The position numbers and the translations under genes were made by a program. From Candidatus Nanohaloarchaea archaeon (GTDB taxonomy: Archaea; Nanohalarchaeota; Nanosalinia; Nanosalinales; Nanosalinaceae): DNA of 64,000 bases. The stretch is from NCBI GenBank assembly GCA_042218075.1, contig JBDGRK010000022.1, forward strand, positions 1-64,000, in the 5' to 3' direction. How positions within the stretch are numbered: position 1 is the stretch's first letter; every line of letters starts with the position of its first letter. The notes under the pieces were generated by a model that made no database searches, was not told where the DNA came from, and saw nothing but the letters and a program-made list of their open reading frames with translations. Shown here piece after piece: positions 55,419-64,000 of the stretch.

Positions 55419-56171
55419 ATGAAATGGTACAAGAATCGGCCGGATTTAGGAGACTACGTGGTCGTAACCATAACTGATGTGGACCAGAACTCTGTATACG
55501 CTGAGCTTGATGAATATGACGGTATAAGCGGTTTAATTCATATTTCAGAGATTGCAAGGGACTGGGTCCAGGACGCCTCCGATGAGATAGAGGAAAGTGA
55601 AAAGACCGTTGTCCAGGTGATTGAAGACGAGGGAGACACAATGGATCTCTCGCTGAAGAGAGTGAATGAGAAGCAGAAGCGTGAGACTATGGAGAAGTGG
55701 AACAAGGAGCAGAAAGCAGAAGAATTCCTTGAAGACTTGTCAGAGAAATCGGGAGAGGATAAGGAAGACCTCTACGAGAAAGTGGTATTTCCTCTCCAGA
55801 AGGAATTCGGAACTTCCTTTCACGGCTTCGAGCTTGCAGTAGGAAAGAAGGAAAAGATGGAGGAGATGTTCGGTGAGGAGATCGCCGGGGCGCTTGCAGA
55901 AGTCGCCGAAGAAAACATTAATCTGAGGCAGGAGAAACTTGAGGTTGAGATAGAAGTCGAGTACCCTCAGGGAGATGGCATAGACAGAATTAGGGACACT
56001 TTCAAGGATATGGAGGCAGTGGAAGTGAAATACGTCTCCGCACCAAAGTATGCGATTACTGCCTGGGGAAGAAACCAGGAACTGGCGAAAAAGAGGATGG
56101 ACAGGGCAGTGGAAGAGTTCCGCGAAAAAGCAGGTGAACTGGGCGGGGATTTCGAGTTTTCAAAGGCGTAG
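55419..56171 (+). CDS. eif2a: Translation initiation factor aIF2 alpha
   Basis: S1 domain GLIHISEI, DLSLKRV, SAPKY. Confidence 0.92.
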   Translation: MKWYKNRPDLGDYVVVTITDVDQNSVYAELDEYDGISGLIHISEIARDWVQDASDEIEESEKTVVQVIEDEGDTMDLSLKRVNEKQKRETMEKWNKEQKAEEFLEDLSEKSGEDKEDLYEKVVFPLQKEFGTSFHGFELAVGKKEKMEEMFGEEIAGALAEVAEENINLRQEKLEVEIEVEYPQGDGIDRIRDTFKDMEAVEVKYVSAPKYAITAWGRNQELAKKRMDRAVEEFREKAGELGGDFEFSKA

Positions 56172-56174
56172 AAA

Positions 56175-56324
56175 ATGATTAGAAGATGTCATAACTGCGG
56201 AAGCTATACTCTTAAAAAAGAGCACTGTAATTCTTCGACATCTGAAGCGAGACCTCCAAAGTTCTCTTTCCCTGATCACTATGGGGATTACAGGAGGAAA
56301 ACAAAGAGAGAGGCAGAGGAATAA
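56175..56324 (+). CDS. nop10: H/ACA RNP protein Nop10
   Basis: CHNCGSYTL...PPKFSFPDHYGDYRR; below the track cutoff. Confidence 0.9.
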   Translation: MIRRCHNCGSYTLKKEHCNSSTSEARPPKFSFPDHYGDYRRKTKREAEE

Positions 56325-56363
56325 AAAAAGATAAGCTGATAAGTTGGAATAAGGGGCGATTCA

Positions 56364-57125
56364 ATGACAACCGTGGTAGAGATGAACGAAGAATTCGAGG
56401 TAGAAAATCCTGTTTTTGTGGAAGGACTGGCAGGTATAGGTCACATAGGCAAGACCACTGTGAGTTACCTGGTGGATCATCTTGGAGCAGAGAAGATAGG
56501 AGAGCTTTATTCCCACCATTTTCCACCCTACACCATAGTAAACGATGACAGAACCGTCGATCTCCTGAAAAACAACATCTACGAGATACAGAGGGAAGGC
56601 AATCGGGACATAGTTTTCATAGAGGGGAACGCACAGGCTTCAACTCCCGAGGGTCATTACGAGGTCGCAGAAAAGATAATGGAACTTATAGATGAGGTAG
56701 ACGCCTCCGAGGTCGTGACAATCGGCGGATACGGAACAGGAGACGTTGTAGAGGATCCCTCGGTATTCGGAGCTATAACCTCTCCGAAAATTAGAGATCA
56801 GTACGAAGAAATCGGGATAGACTTCGAACACGATGTAGGACAGATTGTCGGTGCTTCCGGTCTTCTACTGGGACTGAGCCAGGAGAACCAGTACCCGGGA
56901 ACATGCCTGCTGGGAGAGACACCGGGATTCCTTTTGAGCGATCCAAAGGCCACGGAGGCGGTACTGAAAGTGATGGAGAAAATGCTGAACCTTGATCTTG
57001 ACTACACGGATCTAGATGAGAAAGTGGAGGAATCACAGCAGGTACTTAAAAAGCTTCAGAACCTTCAGCAACAACAGGGCCAGGACCAGGATCAGCAACA
57101 GCAGGATCTTGGCTACATCGGTTAG
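56364..57125 (+). CDS. PAC2-family proteasome assembly chaperone
   Basis: EGLAGIGHIG, TIGGY, GASGLLL, DPKA, C-terminal GYIG. Confidence 0.9.
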   Translation: MTTVVEMNEEFEVENPVFVEGLAGIGHIGKTTVSYLVDHLGAEKIGELYSHHFPPYTIVNDDRTVDLLKNNIYEIQREGNRDIVFIEGNAQASTPEGHYEVAEKIMELIDEVDASEVVTIGGYGTGDVVEDPSVFGAITSPKIRDQYEEIGIDFEHDVGQIVGASGLLLGLSQENQYPGTCLLGETPGFLLSDPKATEAVLKVMEKMLNLDLDYTDLDEKVEESQQVLKKLQNLQQQQGQDQDQQQQDLGYIG

Positions 57126-57176
57126 TCGAAAATCGAAAGATTTTCTCGAATCCGAAAATCACGAGGTGATTATCGA

Positions 57177-57338
57177 ATGGAATACACGAGATACGAGAGA
57201 GCCAGAATACTGGGAGCGAGAACCCTCCAACTTGCACAGGGAGCTCCCGCTTTCGTTGAGGAGCAGGAAACCGAGTCTCCGCTTGAACTGGCGAAGAAAG
57301 AGATGGAGGAAGGCAAACTCCCGATCACAGTGAAGTGA
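57177..57338 (+). CDS. rpoK: RNA polymerase subunit K (Rpo6)
   Basis: TRYERARILGARTLQLAQGAP; SD GAGGTGA; below the track cutoff. Confidence 0.95.
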   Translation: MEYTRYERARILGARTLQLAQGAPAFVEEQETESPLELAKKEMEEGKLPITVK

Positions 57339-57381
57339 TTTACTCCAACCAGATTTAAACGAGAGGATTCAATCTTTCTGC

Positions 57382-58509
57382 ATGAGAGTTAAATCGATAA
57401 GGCTGAGGGAGATCATAGATTCAAGGACCAAACCCACTGTAGAGGCGGAAGTAAACGGGGAATTGGGAAAAGCACCTTCAGGAGCTTCCACTGGAAGGCA
57501 CGAGGCGGAGGCGTTTGTTCCGAAGAACCTGGATTCAATCCAGGATAGATTGAGGAATCTGGAGGGAAGAGACCTGACCCAGGAAGAGTTCGACCAGGAA
57601 CTGAGGGATATTGACGGTAATGAAAAGTTCTCCAAAATAGGATCGGTTGCAGTTGCCTCAAGCTTCGCTTTCAAGAACGCTTCAGGATTCGACCACTCGA
57701 AGAAGTTTCCTCTTCCCCTGAGCAATATTATAGGCGGGGGAGAGCACGGAGGCAACACCAGCATACAGGAGTTTCTCGTGCTGCCGGTGAACGCTGAAAG
57801 CTTTCCCGAGGCAGTCAGGACGAACACCGCGATCTACCAGGAGCTGAAGCAAAGGTACAGTCAGAAAGTGAAAGGAATAAACGATGAAGGCGCACTTATA
57901 ACCTCCATGGATGATGAGCAGACCCTTAAAGCCCTGAAGAAAGTCGCTGACGGTCATAAAGCCAGGATAGGCCTGGACATCGCTGCTTCAGAATTCTTCC
58001 AGGAAGAAACAGGTAAATACCACCTGAACTCAATAGGAGAAGAATTCGAGCCTGAAGGGCAGCTTGATTTCGTGGAAAAACTGATACAGAGATTCGATCT
58101 TGTCTACGTGGAGGATCCATTCCATGAAGATGATTTCCGGAATCACGCCAGGCTGAGGAGTAAGCACCCCGAAGTCCTTGTAACCGGCGACGATCTTTTT
58201 GTGACGCAGGAAGAAAGGCTGAAGGAGGGGATAGAGAACAGATCCGGTAACTCGCTGATCGTAAAGCCGAACCAGGTCGGCACTGTTAGCGATGCGAGGG
58301 AGACGGTGGAACTGGCGAAGGAAAACGATTACACTCCCGTAATATCTCACAGATCTGGAGAGACATGCGACCACACTATCTCGGACCTGGCACTTGAGTG
58401 GGAGTGTCCGATAATCAAGGCAGGTATAGCCGACATCAGGATCGCGAAGCTGAACCGCCTTACCAGTCTCTGGGACAGGATTAACGAACCGAAGATGAAC
58501 AACTTCTGA
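57382..58509 (+). CDS. eno: Enolase (short form)
   Basis: PSGASTG, IQEF, VEDPF, GDDL, KPNQVG, SHRSGET. Confidence 0.93.
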   Translation: MRVKSIRLREIIDSRTKPTVEAEVNGELGKAPSGASTGRHEAEAFVPKNLDSIQDRLRNLEGRDLTQEEFDQELRDIDGNEKFSKIGSVAVASSFAFKNASGFDHSKKFPLPLSNIIGGGEHGGNTSIQEFLVLPVNAESFPEAVRTNTAIYQELKQRYSQKVKGINDEGALITSMDDEQTLKALKKVADGHKARIGLDIAASEFFQEETGKYHLNSIGEEFEPEGQLDFVEKLIQRFDLVYVEDPFHEDDFRNHARLRSKHPEVLVTGDDLFVTQEERLKEGIENRSGNSLIVKPNQVGTVSDARETVELAKENDYTPVISHRSGETCDHTISDLALEWECPIIKAGIADIRIAKLNRLTSLWDRINEPKMNNF

Positions 58510-58540
58510 ATTTTTTAACCTTTGCATAAGTTTTAGACAT

Positions 58541-58972
58541 ATGGGTTCCGAAGTGGTTGGATCAAAAAACAATCCGATTATCGACAAGTTTGATCTTGAA
58601 GTTGATGAAGATGAGGCTGATGATGATGAGCCAGCTGCTGAAGTGAGAGATGAAGTAGAAAGTTTTGTTAACCAAATAGAGGAAGAATTATTTGATGATG
58701 AAGTAGAAATTTTGGAAAAAGGAAATCAAAATTTTACACATTATAGAATCAATAAACCGTCATCAGGACTCTATGAATGCATAAGGGATATTTACGAAAG
58801 ATTCTTCGAGAAAGACAAGGAAGCCGACTATCTATCTTTGAAGGTTAACTACTTCGAAGGTGATAAAAGCGTAATGATGACCATGACCCTGGTATATCAG
58901 AATGATCTGGAATGGAGTCAAAAGGGAGATATAAGACAGATAGCAACGAATTATTTCGAGAACACTGATTGA
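58541..58972 (+). CDS. Hypothetical acidic protein (AT-rich ORFan)
   Basis: ORF between eno and rps2. Confidence 0.65.
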   Translation: MGSEVVGSKNNPIIDKFDLEVDEDEADDDEPAAEVRDEVESFVNQIEEELFDDEVEILEKGNQNFTHYRINKPSSGLYECIRDIYERFFEKDKEADYLSLKVNYFEGDKSVMMTMTLVYQNDLEWSQKGDIRQIATNYFENTD

Positions 58973-59037
58973 TACCTAGATTTCGATCGCCCTTAAACTA
59001 TAGACCTTATTTAATATTTGCTCTGGAACACCTCTCT

Positions 59038-59646
59038 ATGACTGATGAAGAACTTTTGATCGACCGGGAAGAGTATCTCTCGCATGGAGCACATATTGGA
59101 ACCCAGGCGAAGCACAGCGACATGGAAAAATACATCTTTCACGTCAAAAAGAACCAGCTGGCGGTACTGGATCTTAACCAGACAGACGATAGGGTAAGAA
59201 GTGCCGCGAAGTTCCTGGCGAACTACGATTCTGAAGAGATACTCGTGGTTGGAAGAAAGGATGCTGCCAGAAAACCAATCAAGGCTTTCTCGGAAGAGCT
59301 TGAAACCCGGCTAATTGCGGGAAGATTTATGCCCGGAACACTGACCAATCCACAGTCGGACGATTTTATTGAGCCCGAGGTCGTGATCGTGACCGATCCG
59401 GAGGAAGACGCGCAGGCCATAGATGAGGCTGTAGACGCCCGTATTCCGGTACTGGCGATAGCAGACTCAGGAAACAGTTTGCAGGATGTCGATCTTGCAA
59501 TTCCTGCAAACAACAAGGCGGAAAACTCTTTGGGGATAATCTACTACCTGCTAGCGCAGCAGATTAAAGATGAGAAAGGAGAGAATTTCACAGCCGAAAA
59601 GTCGAAATTCCGGCCTGAACCGGACGATGAAAGCGAGGAAGAATGA
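59038..59646 (+). CDS. rps2: 30S ribosomal protein S2
   Basis: GAHIGT, GRFMPGTLTNP, PANNK. Confidence 0.95.
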   Translation: MTDEELLIDREEYLSHGAHIGTQAKHSDMEKYIFHVKKNQLAVLDLNQTDDRVRSAAKFLANYDSEEILVVGRKDAARKPIKAFSEELETRLIAGRFMPGTLTNPQSDDFIEPEVVIVTDPEEDAQAIDEAVDARIPVLAIADSGNSLQDVDLAIPANNKAENSLGIIYYLLAQQIKDEKGENFTAEKSKFRPEPDDESEEE

Positions 59647-60185
59647 CGGAATTTCTAGTGATAGTAGGCGCCTCCAGGGATGGCAGAAAGACTGTTCACG
59701 CGGCAGAATTCCTCAGGCAAATTCTAACCGAAAAGGGAGAGAAGGTAGAGTTCTTCGATCTGAAAAAGAAACAAATACCCTTCCTCAACTCAAGAACATA
59801 TACAGATCCGGGAGAAGCACCTGAAAACGCACAGCTTCTATCAGAAAAAGTCAAAGAGGCGGATTGCGTAGTGATAGTGACACCGGAGTATAACCACTCG
59901 ATACCGGGGGTTCTAAAGAACGCTATAGATCATCTGTACCCAGAGTACGACGACAAGCCTTTCGCATACGTTACTACTTCCGCGGGAGGTTTCGGGGGTG
60001 TAAGAGGTCTATCCCACCTCCACGACATCACCATAGCTATCGGTGGACATCCGGGTCCGAGCCTGAACGTATCCAGGATAGGCGAAGTGTTCGGTGAAGA
60101 AGGAGAACTAAAGGATGAAGACTACAGGGAGAGATTCAAGGATTTTGTCGATAAAATGAAAGAGCACGCCGAGAAAATGGACTAG
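59643..60185 (+). CDS. NAD(P)H-dependent FMN reductase
   Basis: GASRDGR, TPEYNHSIPGVLKNAID, GGVRG. Confidence 0.92.
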   Translation: MTEFLVIVGASRDGRKTVHAAEFLRQILTEKGEKVEFFDLKKKQIPFLNSRTYTDPGEAPENAQLLSEKVKEADCVVIVTPEYNHSIPGVLKNAIDHLYPEYDDKPFAYVTTSAGGFGGVRGLSHLHDITIAIGGHPGPSLNVSRIGEVFGEEGELKDEDYRERFKDFVDKMKEHAEKMD

Positions 60186-60328
60186 CGGGATAGTAAGGTC
60201 TTTACATCTTTCTGATTCCATGGAGACCGGGATGAGGGCCAGTGACCTAACGATAAGGAGAAACAGCAAACTCCAGCACCAGACAGGTTAACATTTAAAG
60301 AGAGCAGAGACAATCTACAACTGAAAAG

Positions 60329-60925
60329 ATGTTCGGCTTCGGCGGAGACGAGAAAGACAAACTGGAAGAGAACATGAAGGAGATCAAAGACCTGATAGAG
60401 AGCCATGGAGAAAACGATGAGAAGGATGAAAAGATAGAAGAATCGGGGCAGGAGTTAGAAGAAGGGCAGAAGAAAGATTTTGCGGCTGAATCACTGGATA
60501 TTGATACAGGAGAACAGCAGGATTCCGGACAGGCTACCGGCTCGAAAATGCCGGGTCCGGATGAAGAGGTACAGGATGGGCAGTTCCGGTTTGATCAGAC
60601 AGGTGAAAATAATGAACAGGAGCATCAAAAAAGATCGAATCCGAGATCGGGTTTGAGGGACAAAGTACCTGAACCGCCGGAGACCAAGAAGCTTAACGTA
60701 CCTGAAATCGATAAGGGACCGCTTTTTATCAGGAAGGGAAAGTTCAGGTCCGCCAAGCAGATGATTGACGAGATGCAGTATCTATCCAGTGAGATAGAGC
60801 AGGTCATGAACCAGCTAGAGGCCGGTATTGAGGAGGACAGAAATATGGAGAGCGATGCGAGAGAACTTCTCCAGAGGCTGGAAAGCGACAGGGGGGAAAT
60901 AAAGGACATAATATCGCAGAAGTGA
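60329..60925 (+). CDS. Hypothetical protein (acidic disordered middle, PLFI motif, coiled coil)
   Basis: ORF with typical codon usage. Confidence 0.75.
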   Translation: MFGFGGDEKDKLEENMKEIKDLIESHGENDEKDEKIEESGQELEEGQKKDFAAESLDIDTGEQQDSGQATGSKMPGPDEEVQDGQFRFDQTGENNEQEHQKRSNPRSGLRDKVPEPPETKKLNVPEIDKGPLFIRKGKFRSAKQMIDEMQYLSSEIEQVMNQLEAGIEEDRNMESDARELLQRLESDRGEIKDIISQK

Positions 60926-60931
60926 TTTGAT

Positions 60932-61159
60932 ATGGATAGAAAAGAGATTCTGGAGTACCTGGAGCAGTACCGGGATGCGCATTCTTCCAAGAAACTTCTA
61001 AAGCTCCTGAAAGCAGAGCTCGTTAAAGAGATGGAACAGATGGAGGTTTCAACGGACAAGCACAGGCACGACCTAAACCTGTTGATCAGGGACCTGGAGG
61101 AAGAACTGGACTACATAGAGTCGGAGAAACTTTCACAGTTCGACCCCGAGCAACAGTAG
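60932..61159 (+). CDS. Hypothetical protein
   Basis: Short helical ORF in operon. Confidence 0.65.
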   Translation: MDRKEILEYLEQYRDAHSSKKLLKLLKAELVKEMEQMEVSTDKHRHDLNLLIRDLEEELDYIESEKLSQFDPEQQ

Positions 61160-61168
61160 TTCTGGAAC

Positions 61169-61807
61169 ATGAGCAGAGTTGCCTTCATTCTACCCGGATA
61201 CCTCTCATCCACAGATGAAGAAAACTACCAGAGAGTCGCCGAAATTTACAGGCAATCAAGTTTCCAAGTGGAGAAGCTCGATATAGAATGGGAGAAAGAC
61301 TTCTGGAATAACTGCAATAAGGTCAAGAATTTAATCGAAAAAAGAAGGGAGGAGTATGATTCTCCCGAAACCCATTTCTTCGGCCATTCATGGGGCTCCG
61401 CGGTACTTTTGACTATCTCACCTAATTTCAATCCGAAGACCCAGGTGCTTGCCTCACTTTCACCAGATTTCAAGGAAGACGACGAGCACTATTTCTATCT
61501 CTGGAAGAAGCTGGCACCGGTCTTTCAAATCTTGCTGAGCCCTTTCTACGATATTCCGGAAGAACTGGATGAAAGACCCTCACTGGAAGAAAAAGGAGAC
61601 AAGATCGAAAGCGATCTATACCTCATCTATGGTGAAAGAGAATACAATGGATTTATGGATATAAGTTCTCTCGGAATGGGTGGAAAAATAACCGAGAACA
61701 GGAGGCAAATATTGGACTGTGAAGAAATTATTGTGAAGGGAGCGACTCACTCGATGACATCGGATCACTATATTGAGCAAATAGAAGAGATTGTAGCAAA
61801 ACTGTAA
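61169..61807 (+). CDS. Alpha/beta hydrolase
   Basis: ILPGY, GHSWG nucleophile, YGERE, GATH. Confidence 0.8.
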   Translation: MSRVAFILPGYLSSTDEENYQRVAEIYRQSSFQVEKLDIEWEKDFWNNCNKVKNLIEKRREEYDSPETHFFGHSWGSAVLLTISPNFNPKTQVLASLSPDFKEDDEHYFYLWKKLAPVFQILLSPFYDIPEELDERPSLEEKGDKIESDLYLIYGEREYNGFMDISSLGMGGKITENRRQILDCEEIIVKGATHSMTSDHYIEQIEEIVAKL

Positions 61808-61849
61808 ACAGGCTCGCTTGGTATAAAAAAGTTCTTTCCCTCTTGTATG

Positions 61850-61884
61850 CACAGGCCTTGATGATCAAGGTTTTGTGAAAGGTG
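61850..61884 (+). promoter_or_regulatory. Structured rpl7ae leader: hairpin vs K-turn overlapping the SD
   Basis: CACAGGCCTTGA-TGA-TCAAGGTTTTGTG hairpin; alternative CCTT-GA...TGT-GA-AAGG; SD AAGGTG. Confidence 0.55.
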
Positions 61885-61893
61885 TTAACAAAG

Positions 61894-62268
61894 ATGGCAT
61901 ACCAGAAATTTGAAGCTTCGGATTCGCTCGCGGAAAAAACCTACAACGCTATTGAGGATGCTGACGATACGGGCAAGGTCGTCATCGGTACTAACGAAGT
62001 GACAAAGGCTATAGAGAGGAATGAGGCAGAACTTGTGGTTATCGCCTCCGATGTATCGCCTGAAGAGATAGTCATGCACCTTCCCGCTCTCGCCGAGGAG
62101 AAAGACATAGCATATACCTTCGTCCCGGACAAGGAAGAGCTAGGTCTGGCAGCAGGAATTAACGTACAGAGCGCTGCTGTAGCGATAACTTCGGTTGGAA
62201 ACGCGGAAGACGATATCGACGATATCAAGCTAAAAACAAGGGAACTCCTGGACAAGGACGAAGAATAG
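61894..62268 (+). CDS. rpl7ae: 50S ribosomal protein L7Ae
   Basis: GTNEVTKAIER, DVSPEEIVMHLP, ELGLAAG. Confidence 0.96.
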   Translation: MAYQKFEASDSLAEKTYNAIEDADDTGKVVIGTNEVTKAIERNEAELVVIASDVSPEEIVMHLPALAEEKDIAYTFVPDKEELGLAAGINVQSAAVAITSVGNAEDDIDDIKLKTRELLDKDEE

Positions 62269-62281
62269 GTGATCGTCTAGA

Positions 62282-62458
62282 ATGGTTGCTGCCAAGGTGG
62301 TTGAAGTTATTGGAGAGCAGGGACATCGGGGAGTTAGAAAAGTTCGCTGCAGGATCCTGGAGGGAAGCGAGGAAGGAAAGATTCTTGTGAGAAACGCCAG
62401 GGGACCTATAAGAGAGGATGACGTGGTCCACATAAAGGAGACCGAGATGGAAGGGTGA
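62282..62458 (+). CDS. rps28e: 30S ribosomal protein S28e
   Basis: AKVVEVIG...VRCRILEG...RNARGPIREDD; below the track cutoff. Confidence 0.92.
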   Translation: MVAAKVVEVIGEQGHRGVRKVRCRILEGSEEGKILVRNARGPIREDDVVHIKETEMEG

Positions 62459-62464
62459 TCGAGA

Positions 62465-62614
62465 ATGGAGTGTGAATACTGCGGAGAAGAACTCGATAAG
62501 ACGAAGGGAAAGATGGTTGTTCTCTCTTCAGGAGAAAAACTACATTTCTGCTCCGGGAAATGCGAGAAGAACTGGAGGAAGAACAGGAGCCACGACTACC
62601 AGAATAAGGAGTGA
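62465..62614 (+). CDS. rpl24e: 50S ribosomal protein L24e
   Basis: CEYCG...GKMVV...FCSGKCEKN; below the track cutoff. Confidence 0.9.
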   Translation: MECEYCGEELDKTKGKMVVLSSGEKLHFCSGKCEKNWRKNRSHDYQNKE

Positions 62615-62678
62615 TGCCTGAATTTCATCCTTCTATATTTAACTTTCATCTACCTATATCCAGTAAAGGTGAGAAGAA

Positions 62679-64000
62679 ATGCCCCGCCAGCCGATTCTGT
62701 CAGTCCTGGGTCATGTGGATACCGGAAAAACGACGTTATTAGACTCTATCAGGGAATCAAGGATAACCGAGGGCGAGGAAGGCGGTATCACGCAGATGAT
62801 AGGTGCGACAGAGGTTCCTCTCGAGACCGTGGAGGAAGTATGCGGAGATCTACTCGAGCAACTTGACACCAAAATCTCCATACCTGGCCTCCTTTTCATA
62901 GACACTCCTGGTCACGCAGCTTTCTCCTCTCTCAGGAAGAGAGGAGGCTCGATATCAGATATCGCAGTGCTTGTAATTGGTATTACAGAGGGAATACAGC
63001 CACAGACACAGGAAGCACTGAACATTCTGCAGGAATCTGATACACCGTTCGTCATCGCATTAAACAAGATCGACACTCTGCACGGCTGGAGCTCCAATCA
63101 CCAGCTATTCTCTAGGAACATAAGAGAGCAGAACGAAAGGAACAGGAACGCACTGGACGATAGCATCTACGAGCTTATGAGCGATCTTCACGAAGAAGTG
63201 GGGGTAACCGCTGACCGTTTCGACAGGATCGACGATTTCAGGAAGAAGGTGGCCATTATTCCGACCTCCGCAAAGACTGGTGAAGGCATACCTGAACTGC
63301 TGATGGTCGTGACAGGTCTCGCACAGAACTACCTTGAGGAGAACCTGGAGATCCACGAGGGTATGGGAAGAGGAACTATCCTGGAAACCTCCGAGGAGAA
63401 AGGACTAGGAACCACTATTGATGTAATTCACTACGACGGGACGATTGAAAAGGAAGATACCCTTGTTTTCGGAACGGCCCAGGGAGTAAAAACTACAGAG
63501 ATTAGGGCTTTGATGGAGCCCAGACCCCTGGAGGAAATAAGACTTGATGAAAAATACGAGAGAGTGGAGAAACTGGAGCCGGCATCCGGTGTGAAGATAG
63601 CGGCCAATGATCTGGAGGGAGCTATTGCAGGAGCACCTGTCAGGACTGTTTCAGGCCAGGATTCGGATGAAGCCGAGAGAGAGGTAAAGGAAGAGCTGCA
63701 CTCTGTAGAATTCGAGACTCAAAATGAAGGAGTGGCAGTAAAGGCCAATTCACTCGGATCTCTTGAAGCGGTGATGAGAGAGCTTGAAGAAATCAGCGCC
63801 AAGAAGGCTGAAGTCGGCAAGATTACAAAATCAGATATAATAGAGGTAGAACAGGAGAAACCTGAATACAGGGCGATACTGGCCTTCAATACTAAAGTGA
63901 CGGATCAGGCGAGAGAAATTGCAAGGAAGAAAGAAGTGAAGATCTTCCAGAGCAAGGTTATCTACGAGATTGTGGAGAGCTACGAGGACTGGAAAAAAGA
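62679..64000 (+). CDS. infB: Translation initiation factor aIF5B (IF2), truncated by the window edge
   Basis: MPRQPILSVLGHVDTGKTTLLD, GGITQ, DTPGH, NKID, SAKTG. Confidence 0.95.
   Translation, partial: MPRQPILSVLGHVDTGKTTLLDSIRESRITEGEEGGITQMIGATEVPLETVEEVCGDLLEQLDTKISIPGLLFIDTPGHAAFSSLRKRGGSISDIAVLVIGITEGIQPQTQEALNILQESDTPFVIALNKIDTLHGWSSNHQLFSRNIREQNERNRNALDDSIYELMSDLHEEVGVTADRFDRIDDFRKKVAIIPTSAKTGEGIPELLMVVTGLAQNYLEENLEIHEGMGRGTILETSEEKGLGTTIDVIHYDGTIEKEDTLVFGTAQGVKTTEIRALMEPRPLEEIRLDEKYERVEKLEPASGVKIAANDLEGAIAGAPVRTVSGQDSDEAEREVKEELHSVEFETQNEGVAVKANSLGSLEAVMRELEEISAKKAEVGKITKSDIIEVEQEKPEYRAILAFNTKVTDQAREIARKKEVKIFQSKVIYEIVESYEDWKK

Noticed and set aside
57055-57110. Q/D-rich CAG-like repeat at the end of PAC2
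   Set aside because: Ordinary low-complexity linker before the C-terminal GYIG tail
60218-60292. Fluoride riboswitch, C/D sRNA or 23-aa ORF in the intergenic gap
   Set aside because: Only a GATGA fragment matches; the required pairings and boxes are absent and the peptide has no supporting features
42-63356. Many Ser-rich or hydrophobic ORFs in the track (e.g. 42-449, 11821-12456, 25936-26487, 33027-33563, 58030-58587)
   Set aside because: They are antisense or alternate-frame shadows of well-supported Glu-rich genes
1-64000. CRISPR array, rRNA, transposase/integrase, reverse transcriptase
   Set aside because: No regularly spaced repeats, rRNA-like stretch or relevant catalytic motifs were seen
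62679-64000. Intein in aIF5B
   Set aside because: GHVDTGKTTLLD is continuous and no intein-like insertion is visible in the part present

Overview
A 64-kb archaeal chromosome segment. The strongly acidic proteome, fused PriS-PriL primase, short enolase and compact gene packing point to a DPANN archaeon, most likely Nanohaloarchaeota (inference from sequence features only). Most of the window is conserved housekeeping operons: pus10-rpl21e-rpoF-DUF655-ksgA, srp54/ftsY, gatDE, gltX, tatAC, RNase J, XPB, rpoL-tfs, pcn-primase-GINS-L44e-S27e-aIF2a-nop10-PAC2, rpoK-eno-S2 and L7Ae-S28e-L24e-aIF5B. Interleaved are a four-pilin cluster, large surface proteins, six toxin-antitoxin modules (two with visibly broken genes) and AT-rich ORFans. 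The most striking signal is a tRNA-Val(GAC)/tRNA-CAT pair at 38371-38791. Both tRNAs carry long BHB introns built on the same plan: antisense to the anticodon arm, box D, hairpin, then box C, i.e. a circularly permuted box C/D guide. In the CAT tRNA the N+5 rule lands exactly on its own C34. A structured 105-nt spacer separates the two tRNAs. Other notable observations: both HEPN-MNT cassettes are bracketed by degenerate copies of neighbouring core sequence, two apparently dead enzymes are translationally coupled, one kinase probably starts at ATT, and the L7Ae leader looks like a two-state K-turn switch. No CRISPR array, rRNA, transposase or integrase was seen.
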